A stretch of DNA of 52,432 bases from Escherichia coli (lineage in GTDB: Bacteria > Pseudomonadota > Gammaproteobacteria > Enterobacterales > Enterobacteriaceae), in assembly GCF_003334315.1 (NCBI RefSeq), contig NZ_QOWR01000029.1. One strand, given 5' to 3'. A program made the position numbers and the translations under genes. Shown here piece after piece: positions 10,924-23,133 of this stretch. The stretch's first letter is position 1. Each line of letters starts with the position of its first letter. The notes beneath the pieces were generated by a model. The model was not told the origin of the DNA, ran no database searches, and was given only the letters and a program-made list of their open reading frames with translations.

Positions 10924-11220
10924 ATGAAAATAAACCAGCCCGCCGTTGCAGGCACCCTTGAGTCTGGGGATGTGATGATACGCATCGCCCCACTCGATAC
11001 GCAGGATATCGACCTGCAAATCAATAGCAGCGTTGAGAAACAGTTTGGCGATGCAATTCGCACCACCATTCTGGACGTTCTCGCCCGCTACAACGTGCGC
11101 GGCGTACAGCTGAATGTCGATGACAAAGGCGCACTGGACTGCATTTTACGTGCACGACTGGAAGCCCTGCTGGCACGCGCCAGCGGTATCCCGGCTCTGC
11201 CATGGGAGGATTGCCAATGA
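10924..11220 (+). CDS. citD: citrate lyase acyl carrier protein (gamma subunit)
   Basis: 98-aa [28 protein letters not shown]... recognised as CitD. Confidence 0.93.
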
Positions 11221-12125
11221 TTTCCGCTTCGCTGCAACAACGTAAAACTCGCACCCGCCGCAGCATGTTGTTTGTGCCTGGTGCCAATGCCGCGATGGTC
11301 AGCAACTCCTTCATCTACCCGGCTGATGCCCTGATGTTTGACCTCGAAGACTCCGTAGCATTGCGTGAAAAAGACACCGCCCGCCGCATGGTTTACCACG
11401 CGCTGCAACATCCGCTGTATCGCGATATTGAAACCATTGTGCGTGTCAACGCGCTGGATTCCGAATGGGGTGTTAACGACCTGGAAGCCGTCGTTCGCGG
11501 TGGTGCGGACGTTGTGCGTCTGCCAAAAACCGATACCGCTCAGGATGTTCTGGATATTGAAAAAGAGATCCTGCGTATCGAAAAAGCCTGTGGTCGTGAA
11601 CCCGGCAGCACCGGCCTGCTGGCGGCGATTGAATCTCCGCTGGGGATTACCCGCGCAGTGGAAATCGCTCACGCTTCCGAGCGTTTGATCGGTATCGCCC
11701 TCGGTGCAGAAGACTATGTGCGCAACCTGCGTACAGAACGCTCCCCGGAAGGAACTGAACTGCTGTTCGCACGCTGTTCCATTTTGCAGGCCGCGCGCTC
11801 TGCGGGTATTCAGGCGTTCGATACCGTCTATTCCGACGCTAACAACGAAGCCGGATTTCTGCAAGAAGCCGCCCACATCAAACAGCTGGGCTTTGACGGC
11901 AAATCGCTGATCAACCCGCGTCAGATTGATCTGCTGCACAACCTCTACGCACCGACCCAGAAAGAAGTGGATCACGCCCGCCGCGTCGTAGAAGCCGCTG
12001 AAGCCGCCGCTCGCGAAGGCCTCGGCGTGGTTTCCCTGAACGGCAAGATGGTGGACGGTCCGGTTATCGATCGCGCCCGTCTGGTGCTCTCCCGTGCAGA
12101 ACTTTCCGGCATCCGCGAAGAATAA
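11217..12125 (+). CDS. citE: citrate lyase beta subunit (citryl-ACP lyase)
   Basis: 302-aa product [28 protein letters not shown]...; start overlaps the citD stop (ATGA). Confidence 0.93.
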
Positions 12126-12135
12126 GGCAATCAAA

Positions 12136-13668
12136 ATGACGCAGAAAATTGAACAATCTCAACGACAAGAACGGGTAGCGGCCTGGAATCGTCGCGCTGA
12201 ATGCGATCTTGCCGCTTTCCAGAACTCGCCAAAGCAAACCTACCAGGCTGAAAAAGCGCGCGATCGCAAACTGTGCGCCAACCTGGAAGAAGCGATTCGT
12301 CGCTCTGGTTTACAGGACGGCATGACGGTTTCCTTCCATCACGCTTTCCGTGGCGGTGACCTGACCGTCAATATGGTGATGGACGTCATCGCGAAGATGG
12401 GCTTTAAAAACCTGACCCTGGCGTCCAGCTCCCTGAGTGATTGCCATGCGCCGCTGGTAGAACACATTCGCCAGGGCGTGGTTACCCGCATTTATACCTC
12501 CGGCCTGCGTGGTCCACTGGCGGAAGAGATCTCCCGTGGTCTGCTGGCAGAACCGGTGCAGATCCACTCTCACGGCGGTCGTGTGCATCTGGTACAGAGC
12601 GGCGAACTGAATATCGACGTGACTTTCCTCGGCGTCCCGTCCTGTGATGAATTCGGTAATGCCAACGGCTACACCGGTAAAGCCTGCTGCGGCTCCCTCG
12701 GCTATGCAATGGTTGATGCCGACAACGCAAAACAGGTCGTGATGCTTACCGAAGAACTGCTGCCTTATCCGCATAATCCGGCAAGCATTGAGCAAGATCA
12801 GGTTGATTTGATCGTCAAAGTTGACCGCGTTGGCGATGCTGCAAAAATCGGCGCTGGCGCGACCCGTATGACCACTAACCCGCGCGAACTGCTTATTGCC
12901 CGTAGCGCTGCGGATGTGATTGTCAACTCTGGCTACTTCAAAGAAGGTTTCTCCATGCAAACCGGCACCGGCGGCGCATCGCTGGCGGTAACCCGTTTCC
13001 TGGAAGACAAAATGCGTAGCCGCGATATTCGCGCCGACTTCGCCCTTGGCGGTATTACCGCGACGATGGTTGACCTGCACGAAAAAGGTCTGATCCGCAA
13101 ACTGCTGGATGTGCAGAGCTTTGACAGCCATGCTGCGCAATCGCTGGCCCGTAACCCCAATCACATCGAAATCAGCGCCAACCAGTACGCTAACTGGGGT
13201 TCGAAAGGCGCATCGGTTGATCGTCTCGACGTGGTGGTACTGAGCGCGCTGGAAATTGACACCCAGTTCAACGTTAACGTGCTGACCGGCTCTGACGGCG
13301 TACTGCGTGGTGCTTCCGGTGGTCACTGCGATACCGCAATTGCCTCTGCGCTTTCCATCATCGTCGCGCCGCTGGTACGCGGTCGTATTCCGACTCTGGT
13401 GGATAACGTGCTGACCTGCATCACCCCGGGCTCCAGTGTCGATATTCTGGTCACAGACCACGGTATCGCAGTTAACCCGGCACGTCCGGAACTGGCAGAA
13501 CGTCTGCAGGAAGCGGGCATTAAAGTGGTTTCCATTGAGTGGCTGCGCGAACGTGCGCGTCTGCTGACCGGTGAACCACAGCCGATTGAATTCACCGACC
13601 GCGTCGTTGCCGTTGTGCGTTACCGCGATGGCTCGGTGATCGATGTTGTGCATCAGGTGAAGGAATAA
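12136..13668 (+). CDS. citF: citrate lyase alpha subunit (citrate CoA-transferase)
   Basis: 510-aa product starting MTQKIEQSQRQERVAAWNRR...; recognised as CitF. Confidence 0.93.
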   Translation: MTQKIEQSQRQERVAAWNRRAECDLAAFQNSPKQTYQAEKARDRKLCANLEEAIRRSGLQDGMTVSFHHAFRGGDLTVNMVMDVIAKMGFKNLTLASSSLSDCHAPLVEHIRQGVVTRIYTSGLRGPLAEEISRGLLAEPVQIHSHGGRVHLVQSGELNIDVTFLGVPSCDEFGNANGYTGKACCGSLGYAMVDADNAKQVVMLTEELLPYPHNPASIEQDQVDLIVKVDRVGDAAKIGAGATRMTTNPRELLIARSAADVIVNSGYFKEGFSMQTGTGGASLAVTRFLEDKMRSRDIRADFALGGITATMVDLHEKGLIRKLLDVQSFDSHAAQSLARNPNHIEISANQYANWGSKGASVDRLDVVVLSALEIDTQFNVNVLTGSDGVLRGASGGHCDTAIASALSIIVAPLVRGRIPTLVDNVLTCITPGSSVDILVTDHGIAVNPARPELAERLQEAGIKVVSIEWLRERARLLTGEPQPIEFTDRVVAVVRYRDGSVIDVVHQVKE

Positions 13669-13671
13669 GCC

Positions 13672-15076
<1,405 letters not shown>

Positions 15077-15126
15077 TTATTTAAGCACTTGATAAATTTG
15101 GAAATATTAATTTTCGGAGAACCCGT

Positions 15127-16590
15127 ATGTCTTTAGCAAAAGATAATATATGGAAACTATTGGCCCCACTGGTGGTGATGGGTGTCATGTTTCTTATCCC
15201 TGTCCCCGACGGTATGCCGCCGCAGGCATGGCATTACTTCGCTGTGTTTGTGGCAATGATTGTCGGCATGATCCTCGAGCCAATTCCGGCAACAGCGATC
15301 AGTTTTATTGCGGTTACTATTTGCGTTATTGGCAGTAATTACCTGCTCTTTGATGCCAAAGAATTAGCTGACCCAGCGTTTAATGCGCAAAAACAGGCGC
15401 TGAAATGGGGCCTGGCTGGTTTTTCCAGCACCACGGTATGGCTGGTATTTGGCGCATTTATTTTTGCATTAGGGTATGAAGTTTCCGGGTTAGGTCGTCG
15501 CATTGCACTTTTCCTGGTGAAATTCATGGGCAAACGCACGCTGACGTTGGGTTATGCGATTGTCATTATCGACATTCTGCTGGCACCGTTTACACCTTCC
15601 AACACCGCGCGTACCGGGGGTACGGTTTTTCCGGTCATTAAAAACCTGCCGCCGTTGTTTAAATCATTCCCGAACGATCCGTCCGCGCGTCGTATTGGCG
15701 GCTATTTGATGTGGATGATGGTCATTAGTACCAGTCTGAGTTCGTCCATGTTTGTCACCGGTGCGGCACCAAACGTGCTGGGTCTGGAGTTCGTCAGCAA
15801 AATTGCCGGTATCCAGATTAGCTGGTTGCAGTGGTTCCTCTGCTTCCTGCCGGTTGGGGTTATCTTGCTTATCATTGCGCCGTGGCTTTCCTACGTGCTG
15901 TACAAACCGGAAATCACACACAGTGAAGAAGTGGCAACCTGGGCGGGTGATGAACTGAAAACCATGGGTGCGCTGACACGCAGAGAGTGGACACTGATTG
16001 GCCTTGTATTGCTCAGCTTAGGTTTGTGGGTATTTGGCAGTGAAGTCATTAATGCTACTGCGGTTGGTCTGCTGGCAGTTTCGCTAATGCTGGCCCTGCA
16101 CGTTGTGCCTTGGAAAGACATTACCCGCTATAACAGCGCATGGAACACACTGGTCAACCTGGCAACTCTGGTTGTGATGGCTAACGGCCTGACTCGTTCT
16201 GGTTTTATTGACTGGTTCGCCGGTACCATGAGTACGCACCTGGAAGGATTCTCACCAAACGCAACGGTGATTGTACTGGTTCTGGTGTTCTACTTTGCAC
16301 ACTACCTGTTTGCCAGCCTGTCTGCGCACACCGCAACCATGCTGCCGGTTATTCTGGCCGTCGGTAAAGGTATTCCGGGCGTACCAATGGAACAACTGTG
16401 TATCCTGCTGGTGCTGTCTATCGGTATCATGGGCTGTCTGACGCCGTATGCAACCGGTCCTGGGGTGATTATTTACGGCTGTGGCTATGTGAAATCAAAA
16501 GATTACTGGCGTCTTGGCGCAATCTTCGGGGTGATTTACATCTCTATGTTGCTGTTGGTTGGCTGGCCGATTCTCGCCATGTGGAACTAA
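15127..16590 (+). CDS. citT: citrate:succinate antiporter
   Basis: 487-aa polytopic membrane protein recognised as CitT (DASS family). Confidence 0.92.
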   Translation: MSLAKDNIWKLLAPLVVMGVMFLIPVPDGMPPQAWHYFAVFVAMIVGMILEPIPATAISFIAVTICVIGSNYLLFDAKELADPAFNAQKQALKWGLAGFSSTTVWLVFGAFIFALGYEVSGLGRRIALFLVKFMGKRTLTLGYAIVIIDILLAPFTPSNTARTGGTVFPVIKNLPPLFKSFPNDPSARRIGGYLMWMMVISTSLSSSMFVTGAAPNVLGLEFVSKIAGIQISWLQWFLCFLPVGVILLIIAPWLSYVLYKPEITHSEEVATWAGDELKTMGALTRREWTLIGLVLLSLGLWVFGSEVINATAVGLLAVSLMLALHVVPWKDITRYNSAWNTLVNLATLVVMANGLTRSGFIDWFAGTMSTHLEGFSPNATVIVLVLVFYFAHYLFASLSAHTATMLPVILAVGKGIPGVPMEQLCILLVLSIGIMGCLTPYATGPGVIIYGCGYVKSKDYWRLGAIFGVIYISMLLLVGWPILAMWN

Positions 16591-16620
16591 TACGTTCGCC
16601 AAACGCTGAATAAATCATCA

Positions 16621-16657
16621 CGCCCGCCAGGTAAGCCCACCTGGCGGGCTTTTTTAT
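16621..16657 (+). terminator. rho-independent terminator downstream of citT
   Basis: cgcccgccaggtaagcccacctggcgggcttttttat: perfect GC-rich hairpin plus T-run. Coordinates approximate. Confidence 0.8.
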
Positions 16658-16703
16658 GATTTAATAGATAGTATTCAGTGTATGTATGAGTTCCACACCC
16701 ATT

Positions 16704-17510
16704 ATGAAAGCATTCTGGCGTAACGCCGCGTTGCTCGCGGTTTCTCTGCTTCCCTTCTCTTCTGCCAACGCCTTAGCGTTGCAGGCAAAACAGTATGGCG
16801 ATTTTGATCGCTATGTCCTGGCCCTCTCCTGGCAAACCGGATTTTGCCAGAGTCAACACGATCGAAATCGTAACGAACGAGATGAATGTCGCCTGCAAAC
16901 CGAAACGACCAACAAAGCTGATTTTCTGACCGTACATGGTCTGTGGCCAGGATTGCCTAAATCGGTTGCTGCCCGTGGTGTTGATGAACGCCGCTGGATG
17001 CGCTTCGGTTGCGCTACTCGCCCAATCCCGAATCTACCAGAAGCGCGCGCCAGCCGAATGTGTTCATCGCCGGAAACCGGATTATCACTGGAAACGGCCG
17101 CTAAACTAAGTGAAGTCATGCCAGGAGCTGGCGGACGTTCCTGCCTGGAACGCTACGAATATGCCAAACACGGTGCCTGCTTTGGTTTTGATCCGGACGC
17201 ATACTTCGGTACGATGGTACGCCTGAATCAAGAAATTAAAGAGAGCGAAGCCGGAAAATTCCTTGCGGATAATTACGGTAAAACAGTGAGCCGCCGTGAC
17301 TTTGACGCCGCCTTTGCCAAAAGCTGGGGAAAAGAGAACGTGAAAGCAGTTAAGCTAACGTGCCAGGGTAACCCTGCGTATTTGACTGAAATTCAGATCT
17401 CGATCAAAGCTGACGCCATCAACGCTCCGCTTTCTGCAAACTCATTCTTGCCACAACCTCACCCAGGTAACTGTGGCAAAACCTTTGTGATTGATAAAGC
17501 GGGTTATTAA
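16704..17510 (+). CDS. rna: periplasmic ribonuclease I (RNase T2 family)
   Basis: 268-aa product starting MKAFWRNAALLAVSLLPFSSANA (signal peptide); recognised as RNase I. Confidence 0.93.
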   Translation: MKAFWRNAALLAVSLLPFSSANALALQAKQYGDFDRYVLALSWQTGFCQSQHDRNRNERDECRLQTETTNKADFLTVHGLWPGLPKSVAARGVDERRWMRFGCATRPIPNLPEARASRMCSSPETGLSLETAAKLSEVMPGAGGRSCLERYEYAKHGACFGFDPDAYFGTMVRLNQEIKESEAGKFLADNYGKTVSRRDFDAAFAKSWGKENVKAVKLTCQGNPAYLTEIQISIKADAINAPLSANSFLPQPHPGNCGKTFVIDKAGY

Positions 17511-17656
17511 TCATCTGATTTACAAAACACGCTAATTCGTCTTCCATAAACCAAGGCGATTAAGATTTATACATAATGCGCTGCATTGAGGAATTCCCTG
17601 AATGTGACGCAAATCACTTCAAAGAGTGAGCAACAGTCAGTATCATCATGTGAGTT

Positions 17657-17693
17657 AAACCCTCGCCGCCTGACGGTGAGGGTTTTCTTTTGG
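17657..17693 (+). terminator. rho-independent terminator / possible attenuator between rna and rnk
   Basis: aaaccctcgccgcctgacggtgagggttttcttttggg hairpin plus T-run about 45 bp upstream of the rnk start. Coordinates approximate. Confidence 0.65.
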
Positions 17694-17739
17694 GTATGTT
17701 TATCTGCGACACTCGCAGCACCGACGACATGGAGTAAAA

Positions 17740-18150
17740 ATGTCCAGACCAACTATCATCATTAACGACCTGGATGCCGAACGCATCGATATTCTGCTGG
17801 AGCAACCCGCCTATGCTGGTTTGCCAATCGCCGACGCGTTAAACGCAGAGTTGGATCGCGCCCAAATGTGTTCGCCAGAAGAGATGCCACACGACGTGGT
17901 GACAATGAACAGCCGGGTTAAATTCCGCAATCTTAGCGATGGCGAAGTGCGTGTGCGCACGCTGGTGTATCCGGCAAAAATGACCGATAGCAATACTCAG
18001 CTTTCCGTTATGGCTCCGGTAGGTGCCGCACTGCTGGGGCTGCGCGTTGGCGATTCCATTCACTGGGAACTTCCGGGCGGCGTTGCAACCCACCTTGAAG
18101 TGCTGGAACTCGAATACCAGCCAGAAGCTGCTGGCGACTACCTGCTTTAA
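17740..18150 (+). CDS. rnk: regulator of nucleoside diphosphate kinase (GreA/GreB-like fold)
   Basis: 136-aa [30 protein letters not shown]... recognised as Rnk. Confidence 0.92.
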
Positions 18151-18380
18151 TCCCATCTGCACAAGCGATAACTCGCTTTGCCCAGAGGATGCACTCGCAT
18201 CCTCTTTACGCAAAATCAGCAATTTTTCCTGGTTCTCACTGTTCACTTTTGCTGCAAAATTATTCCGTTTCGTTTGTGGGAATAACCATGGCAGAAGCAT
18301 TTTACATCCTGATAGGATTTCTGATTATGGCGGCGATTATCGTCATGGCTGTCCTTTACCTCGAAAACCACTCCTGACGA

Positions 18381-19619
18381 TCATATTGTTCCCCCCGGCA
18401 TCGCATTCACTAGACCTGAAACCGCCTTCTGCGCCGCCTCTGCGCTTTGTGCACCGGGTACCAGAATCACCTTACGGCACTCCTCTTCACGTTTTTCGAA
18501 AATCTCATATCCCCGGGCGGCCTCTTCAAACGGCATATAGTGGGTAACAATTTCTTCTGGTTTCAGTAATCCTTTCTCAATTAACGGTAATAATTCTCCC
18601 AGCCATGCGTGAACGTGGGTCTGTCCCATTTTAAACGACAACCCTTTATCAAAGGCGTCGCCAAACAGGAAACCGTGAATAAATCCAGCGTAGACGCCCG
18701 GTACGCTAACAATGCCGCCACGCCTGACCGCCGCAATACACTGACGCAACGCTTTACCGCTGCTGCCCTCCAGTTTCAGGTTAGTCAGCACCGTTTCCGT
18801 GGTGCTGCCTTTCGCTTCAAAACCGACGGCGTCTATTACTGCATCCACGCCCCGGTGACCTGCCGTTTGTTCAATAATTGACTGTGCCGGATCGCTGTCT
18901 TCATCAAAATTAATCGGGATCGCGCCGTAGCGGTCGGCGGCGAAATGCAAGCGGTAGGGATGATGATCAACAACAAAAATCTGTTCCGCACCGAGCAACC
19001 GTGCACAGGCGATTGTCAACAATCCCACAGGACCAGCACCATAGACTGCAACGCTTGAACCTTGTTGGATCTGCGCATTTTTTGCTGCCTGCCATGCCGT
19101 TGGCAGAATATCAGAAAGGAAAAGCGCTTTATCATCTGAAAGCAAAGGCGGTACTTTAAACGGCCCCACATTCCCTTTAGGGACGCGGACATATTCCGCC
19201 TGCCCACCAGGAACGCCGCCATACAGGTGACTATAACCAAACAATGCCGCGGGAGCTGGTATCTGTTTTTTATTGAGCGCAGCGCCTTTACCCGCATTGG
19301 TATTTTCGCAGGCGGCATATTGCTGTAATCGACAGAAAAAACAGTCGCCACAAGCAATGACAAACGGAATTACCACCCGGTCGCCTTTTTGCAAATTTTT
19401 TACGTCCTTTCCGGTTTCAACGACTTCCCCCATAAATTCATGACCAAAAATATCGCCATGTTTAACCTGGGGTATTTTGCCTCGATAAAGATGGAGGTCA
19501 GAGCCACAGATCGCCGTTGCCGTAATACGCAGAATAATATCATCTGCCTGTTCAATGCCCGGATCGGGAACATTTTCTACCTGAACGTGATGTGGGCCGT
19601 GATAAGTCAATGCTTTCAT
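18381..19619 (-). CDS. ybdR: zinc-dependent alcohol dehydrogenase-family oxidoreductase
   Basis: 412-aa ORF with MDR-family motifs ([20 protein letters not shown] Rossmann motif); recognised as YbdR. Confidence 0.9.
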   Translation of the reverse strand: MKALTYHGPHHVQVENVPDPGIEQADDIILRITATAICGSDLHLYRGKIPQVKHGDIFGHEFMGEVVETGKDVKNLQKGDRVVIPFVIACGDCFFCRLQQYAACENTNAGKGAALNKKQIPAPAALFGYSHLYGGVPGGQAEYVRVPKGNVGPFKVPPLLSDDKALFLSDILPTAWQAAKNAQIQQGSSVAVYGAGPVGLLTIACARLLGAEQIFVVDHHPYRLHFAADRYGAIPINFDEDSDPAQSIIEQTAGHRGVDAVIDAVGFEAKGSTTETVLTNLKLEGSSGKALRQCIAAVRRGGIVSVPGVYAGFIHGFLFGDAFDKGLSFKMGQTHVHAWLGELLPLIEKGLLKPEEIVTHYMPFEEAARGYEIFEKREEECRKVILVPGAQSAEAAQKAVSGLVNAMPGGTI

Positions 19620-19839
19620 GCAACCTCCAGAGACAGTTCAAAAAAGAGTCAGTCTTTAAGGGTAGCTATCACAGCGGGAAAACGGGCGGTACCGCAGGTT
19701 TTGGGAGAATTCCTGGTGTTCAGTGAGAATATATTAATCACAGAAACCGTTCGTAAGGAAAAAGAACCAGACAAATATCAGGGATAAATATTATAATCAT
19801 GGCGAATGATTTGTTCATGATTAACAGGGAGAAAGGGTT

Positions 19840-20268
19840 ATGTATAAGACAATCATTATGCCAGTTGATGTATTTGAAATGGAATTGAGCGACAAAGCTG
19901 TTCGCCACGCTGAATTCCTCGCCCAGGATGACGGAGTTATTCATCTACTTCACGTACTACCCGGGTCAGCCAGCCTGAGCCTGCACCGTTTTGCCGCTGA
20001 TGTGCGTCGTTTTGAAGAGCATCTGCAACATGAAGCACAAGAACGTCTGCAAACGATGGTCAGCCACTTCACCATCGATCCTTCCCGCATTAAACAACAT
20101 GTCCGTTTTGGTAGCGTACGGGATGAAGTCAATGAGTTGGCAGAAGAACTGGGGGCTGATGTTGTAGTTATTGGTTCTCGCAACCCATCGATTTCGACCC
20201 ATCTGTTAGGTTCTAACGCCTCGAGCGTGATCCGCCACGCCAATCTGCCGGTGCTGGTTGTGCGTTAA
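19840..20268 (+). CDS. uspG: universal stress protein G
   Basis: 142-aa UspA-family ORF recognised as UspG (YbdQ). Confidence 0.92.
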
Positions 20269-20284
20269 TTGCCAGAATAAGTAT

Positions 20285-20320
20285 CCCGCCCTGCCCGGAG
20301 CCATCCCGGCGGGGCTTTTT
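20285..20320 (+). terminator. rho-independent terminator of uspG
   Basis: cccgccctgcccggagccatcccggcggggcttttt. Coordinates approximate. Confidence 0.65.
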
Positions 20321-20326
20321 AATGCC

Positions 20327-20362
20327 ATAAAAAAGCCGCCAGGTTTGACCCCGGCGGCTAAG
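20327..20362 (-). terminator. rho-independent terminator of ahpF (minus strand)
   Basis: Minus-strand reading gives gccgccggggtcaaacctggcggc hairpin followed by ttttttat. Coordinates approximate. Confidence 0.65.
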
Positions 20363-20388
20363 CAATTGCAGGTGAATCTTACTTCTTC

Positions 20389-21954
20389 TTATGCAGTTTT
20401 GGTGCGAATCAGGTAGTCAAAAGCACTCAGAGAGGCTTTGGCACCTTCGCCAGTGGCGATGATGATCTGCTTGTACGGAACCGTCGTACAGTCACCCGCT
20501 GCGAACACGCCTTTCACGTTGGTTTCGCATTTCGCATCAATGATAATCTCGCCCATGCGGTTACGTTCGACTGCGCCTTCGAGCCAGTTGGTGTTCGGCA
20601 GCAGACCAATCTGGACGAAAATACCGGCCAGTTCGATGTTGTGAATATCGCCGCTGACACGATCTCGATATTCCAGACCAACGACTTTGCTGCCGTCGCC
20701 TTTCACTTCCGTGGTTTGCGCATTCAGAATAATGTCGACGTTTTTCAGGCTGCGCAGTTTGTCCTGCAGAACCTGGTCGGCTTTCATTTCTGGCGCAAAT
20801 TCCAGCAGCGTTACGTGCTCAACGATACCCGCCAGGTCAATTGCCGCTTCCACGCCGGAGTTACCGCCGCCGATAACCGCTACGCGTTTACCTTTAAACA
20901 GCGGGCCGTCGCAGTGCGGGCAGTAGGTCACGCCTTTGGTGCGATACTGATCTTCGCCCGGAACGTTCATGTTGCGCCATTTTGCACCGGTCGCCACGAT
21001 AATGCTGCGTGCTTTCAGTACCGCGCCAGAAGCTGTTTCAATCTGATGCAGACCACCTTCAACTGCTGCTGGGATCAGTTTGCTGGCGCTCTGGCTGTCG
21101 ATCACATCAACGTCGTATTCATCAACGTGAACTTTCAGTGCGCCTGCCAGCTTCTGCCCTTCAGTCTTCGGTACAGAAATGTAGTTTTCGATATCAACGG
21201 TATCGAGGATCTGACCACCAAAACGTTCGCCCATCAGACCGGTACGGATGCCTTTACGTGCGGAGTAAATTGCTGCCGCTGCACCCGCCGGGCCGGAACC
21301 GACGATTAATACGTCATAAGCATCACGCTTGTTCAGCTCTTCTGCCGCACGTTTTTCCGCGCCAGTATCAATTTTGGCAACGATTTCAGTCAACGTCATG
21401 CGGCCCTGACCAAACTCTTTCCCGTTTACGAACACTGCCGGAACGCCCATCACGTTGCGATCGGTGATTTCGTTCTGGAAGGTGCCGCCGTCAATTGCAG
21501 TGTGCTTGATGCGCGGGTTCAGTACGCTCATCAGGTTCAGCGCCTGCACCACGTCCGGGCAGTTGTGGCAAGAGAGCGAGTAATAGGTTTCGAATTCAAA
21601 ATCACCGTCAATATGGCGAATCTGCTCCAGCAGAGACTGCGCTTCTTTCGACGGATGACCACCGGTCCACAGCAACGCCAGTACCAGCGAGGTGAACTCG
21701 TGGCCCAGCGGGGAGCCTGCAAAACGTGGCCCCTGGTTGGAACCTGGGTTGGTGATCAGGAAAGACGGCTTACGCACCGGCAAGCTGTTATCTTCTTTAA
21801 AGGTGACTTTGTCTGACAGTTCTGCGATTTCAGCCAACAGTTCCTTGATTTCTGCCGATTTAGCGCTGTCATCCAGCGTGGCAATTAACTCAACAGGCTT
21901 GGTCAATTTCTCAAGGTAAGCCTTGAGTTGAGTTTTCATATTTGTGTCGAGCAT
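20389..21954 (-). CDS. ahpF: alkyl hydroperoxide reductase subunit F (NADH-dependent peroxiredoxin reductase)
   Basis: 521-aa product beginning [17 protein letters not shown]... with CxxC and FAD/NAD-binding motifs; track ORF trimmed by 10 codons. Confidence 0.95.
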
Positions 21955-22112
21955 GTTTATCTCCTGGGCTTTAAACATCATCATGCAAGCGGCCTCTGCG
22001 GCTACCTGGATGCAGCTTGCATCATGGTGCGGGGAAGAAAATCGGGTGCCGCAGCACCCGAAGAATTAGGTGAATTTCCGAAGTATTTCGCGTCAGAGCA
22101 AGGCGGCTAGCC

Positions 22113-22195
22113 TGTGAATCCCCGGGAGCTTACACAAGTAAGTGACCGGGGTGAGCGGGCGACGCCAACGCCGCTATGGCGTGAAAGACGAAGGA
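22113..22195. repeat. ERIC/IRU (enterobacterial repetitive intergenic consensus) element, probably partial, in the ahpC-ahpF intergenic region
   Basis: gtgaatccccgggagcttacacaagtaagtgaccggggtgagcg matches the ERIC core I remember (GTGAATCCCCAGGAGCTTACATAAGTAAGTGACTGGGGTGAGCG). Extent approximate. Confidence 0.65.
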
Positions 22196-22198
22196 AAT

Positions 22199-22762
22199 TT
22201 AGATTTTACCAACCAGGTCCAGAGACGGAGCCAGAGTTGCTTCACCTTCTTTCCATTTAGCCGGGCAAACTTCACCTGGGTGAGAAGCTACGTACTGTGC
22301 TGCTTTGATTTTACGCAGCAGGTCAGACGCGTCACGGCCAATGCCTTCAGCGGTAACTTCGATTGCCTGGATGATACCCTGCGGGTCAACAACGAAGGTC
22401 GCACGGTCAGCCAGACCTTCATCTTCACGCATGTTGTCGAAGTTACGGGTCAGGGCGCCAGTCGGGTCGCCGATCATCGCATATTTGATTTTAGCGATGG
22501 TTTCAGAGCTGCTGTGCCATGCTTTGTGGGTGAAGTGAGTATCGGTAGATACTGCGTATACGTCTACGCCCAGTTTCTGCAGTTCTTCGTAGTGGTCAGC
22601 AACGTCACCCAGTTCGGTCGGGCATACGAAAGTAAAGTCAGCCGGGTAGAAGAAGAAGACGCTCCAGCGGCCTTCGGTATCTTTTTCGGTGATTTCGATG
22701 AATTCGCCGTTTTTGAATGCCTGGTTTTTAAAAGGTTTAATTTTGGTGTTAATCAAGGACAT
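22199..22762 (-). CDS. ahpC: alkyl hydroperoxide reductase subunit C (2-Cys peroxiredoxin)
   Basis: 187-aa [54 protein letters not shown]... recognised as AhpC. Confidence 0.97.
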   Translation of the reverse strand: MSLINTKIKPFKNQAFKNGEFIEITEKDTEGRWSVFFFYPADFTFVCPTELGDVADHYEELQKLGVDVYAVSTDTHFTHKAWHSSSETIAKIKYAMIGDPTGALTRNFDNMREDEGLADRATFVVDPQGIIQAIEVTAEGIGRDASDLLRKIKAAQYVASHPGEVCPAKWKEGEATLAPSLDLVGKI

Positions 22763-23133
22763 CTATACTTCCTCCGTGTTTTCGATGAGATGTAAGGTAA
22801 CCAATTTTTGCCGATTCGGCTAATGCGTTTCCATTATCAAATCGATAAGTTTTACCTTACAACCTTCGTAAGACAACTTTGTGAACTTTGCACCGCCAGC
22901 GGCGATAAAAAGTAAAATGGCCCCCTTTCCAGGTGACCGTGTAATCTGAACTACCCTTTGGTATCTTCAGTGCCTGCCTGCAGGCTGAGGTGTTGCCCTT
23001 ACAAATGCAACAACGACATGGATTACAACACCCTCATAAACAAAGGGCAATCACCTGATCTAAGCTCTTACCTATGACAGTGATAGGTTATGCCTTTTAC
23101 TCGACTTTTGCACTGACTGAAAAGGACAAATTA
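22763..23133. promoter_or_regulatory. divergent ahpC / dsbG promoter region (OxyR-regulated in E. coli)
   Basis: Intergenic region between divergent starts; contains an imperfect palindrome cctatgacagtgatagg resembling OxyR half-sites. The regulatory assignment comes from established knowledge of ahpC and dsbG, not from a clear motif match. Confidence 0.4.
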
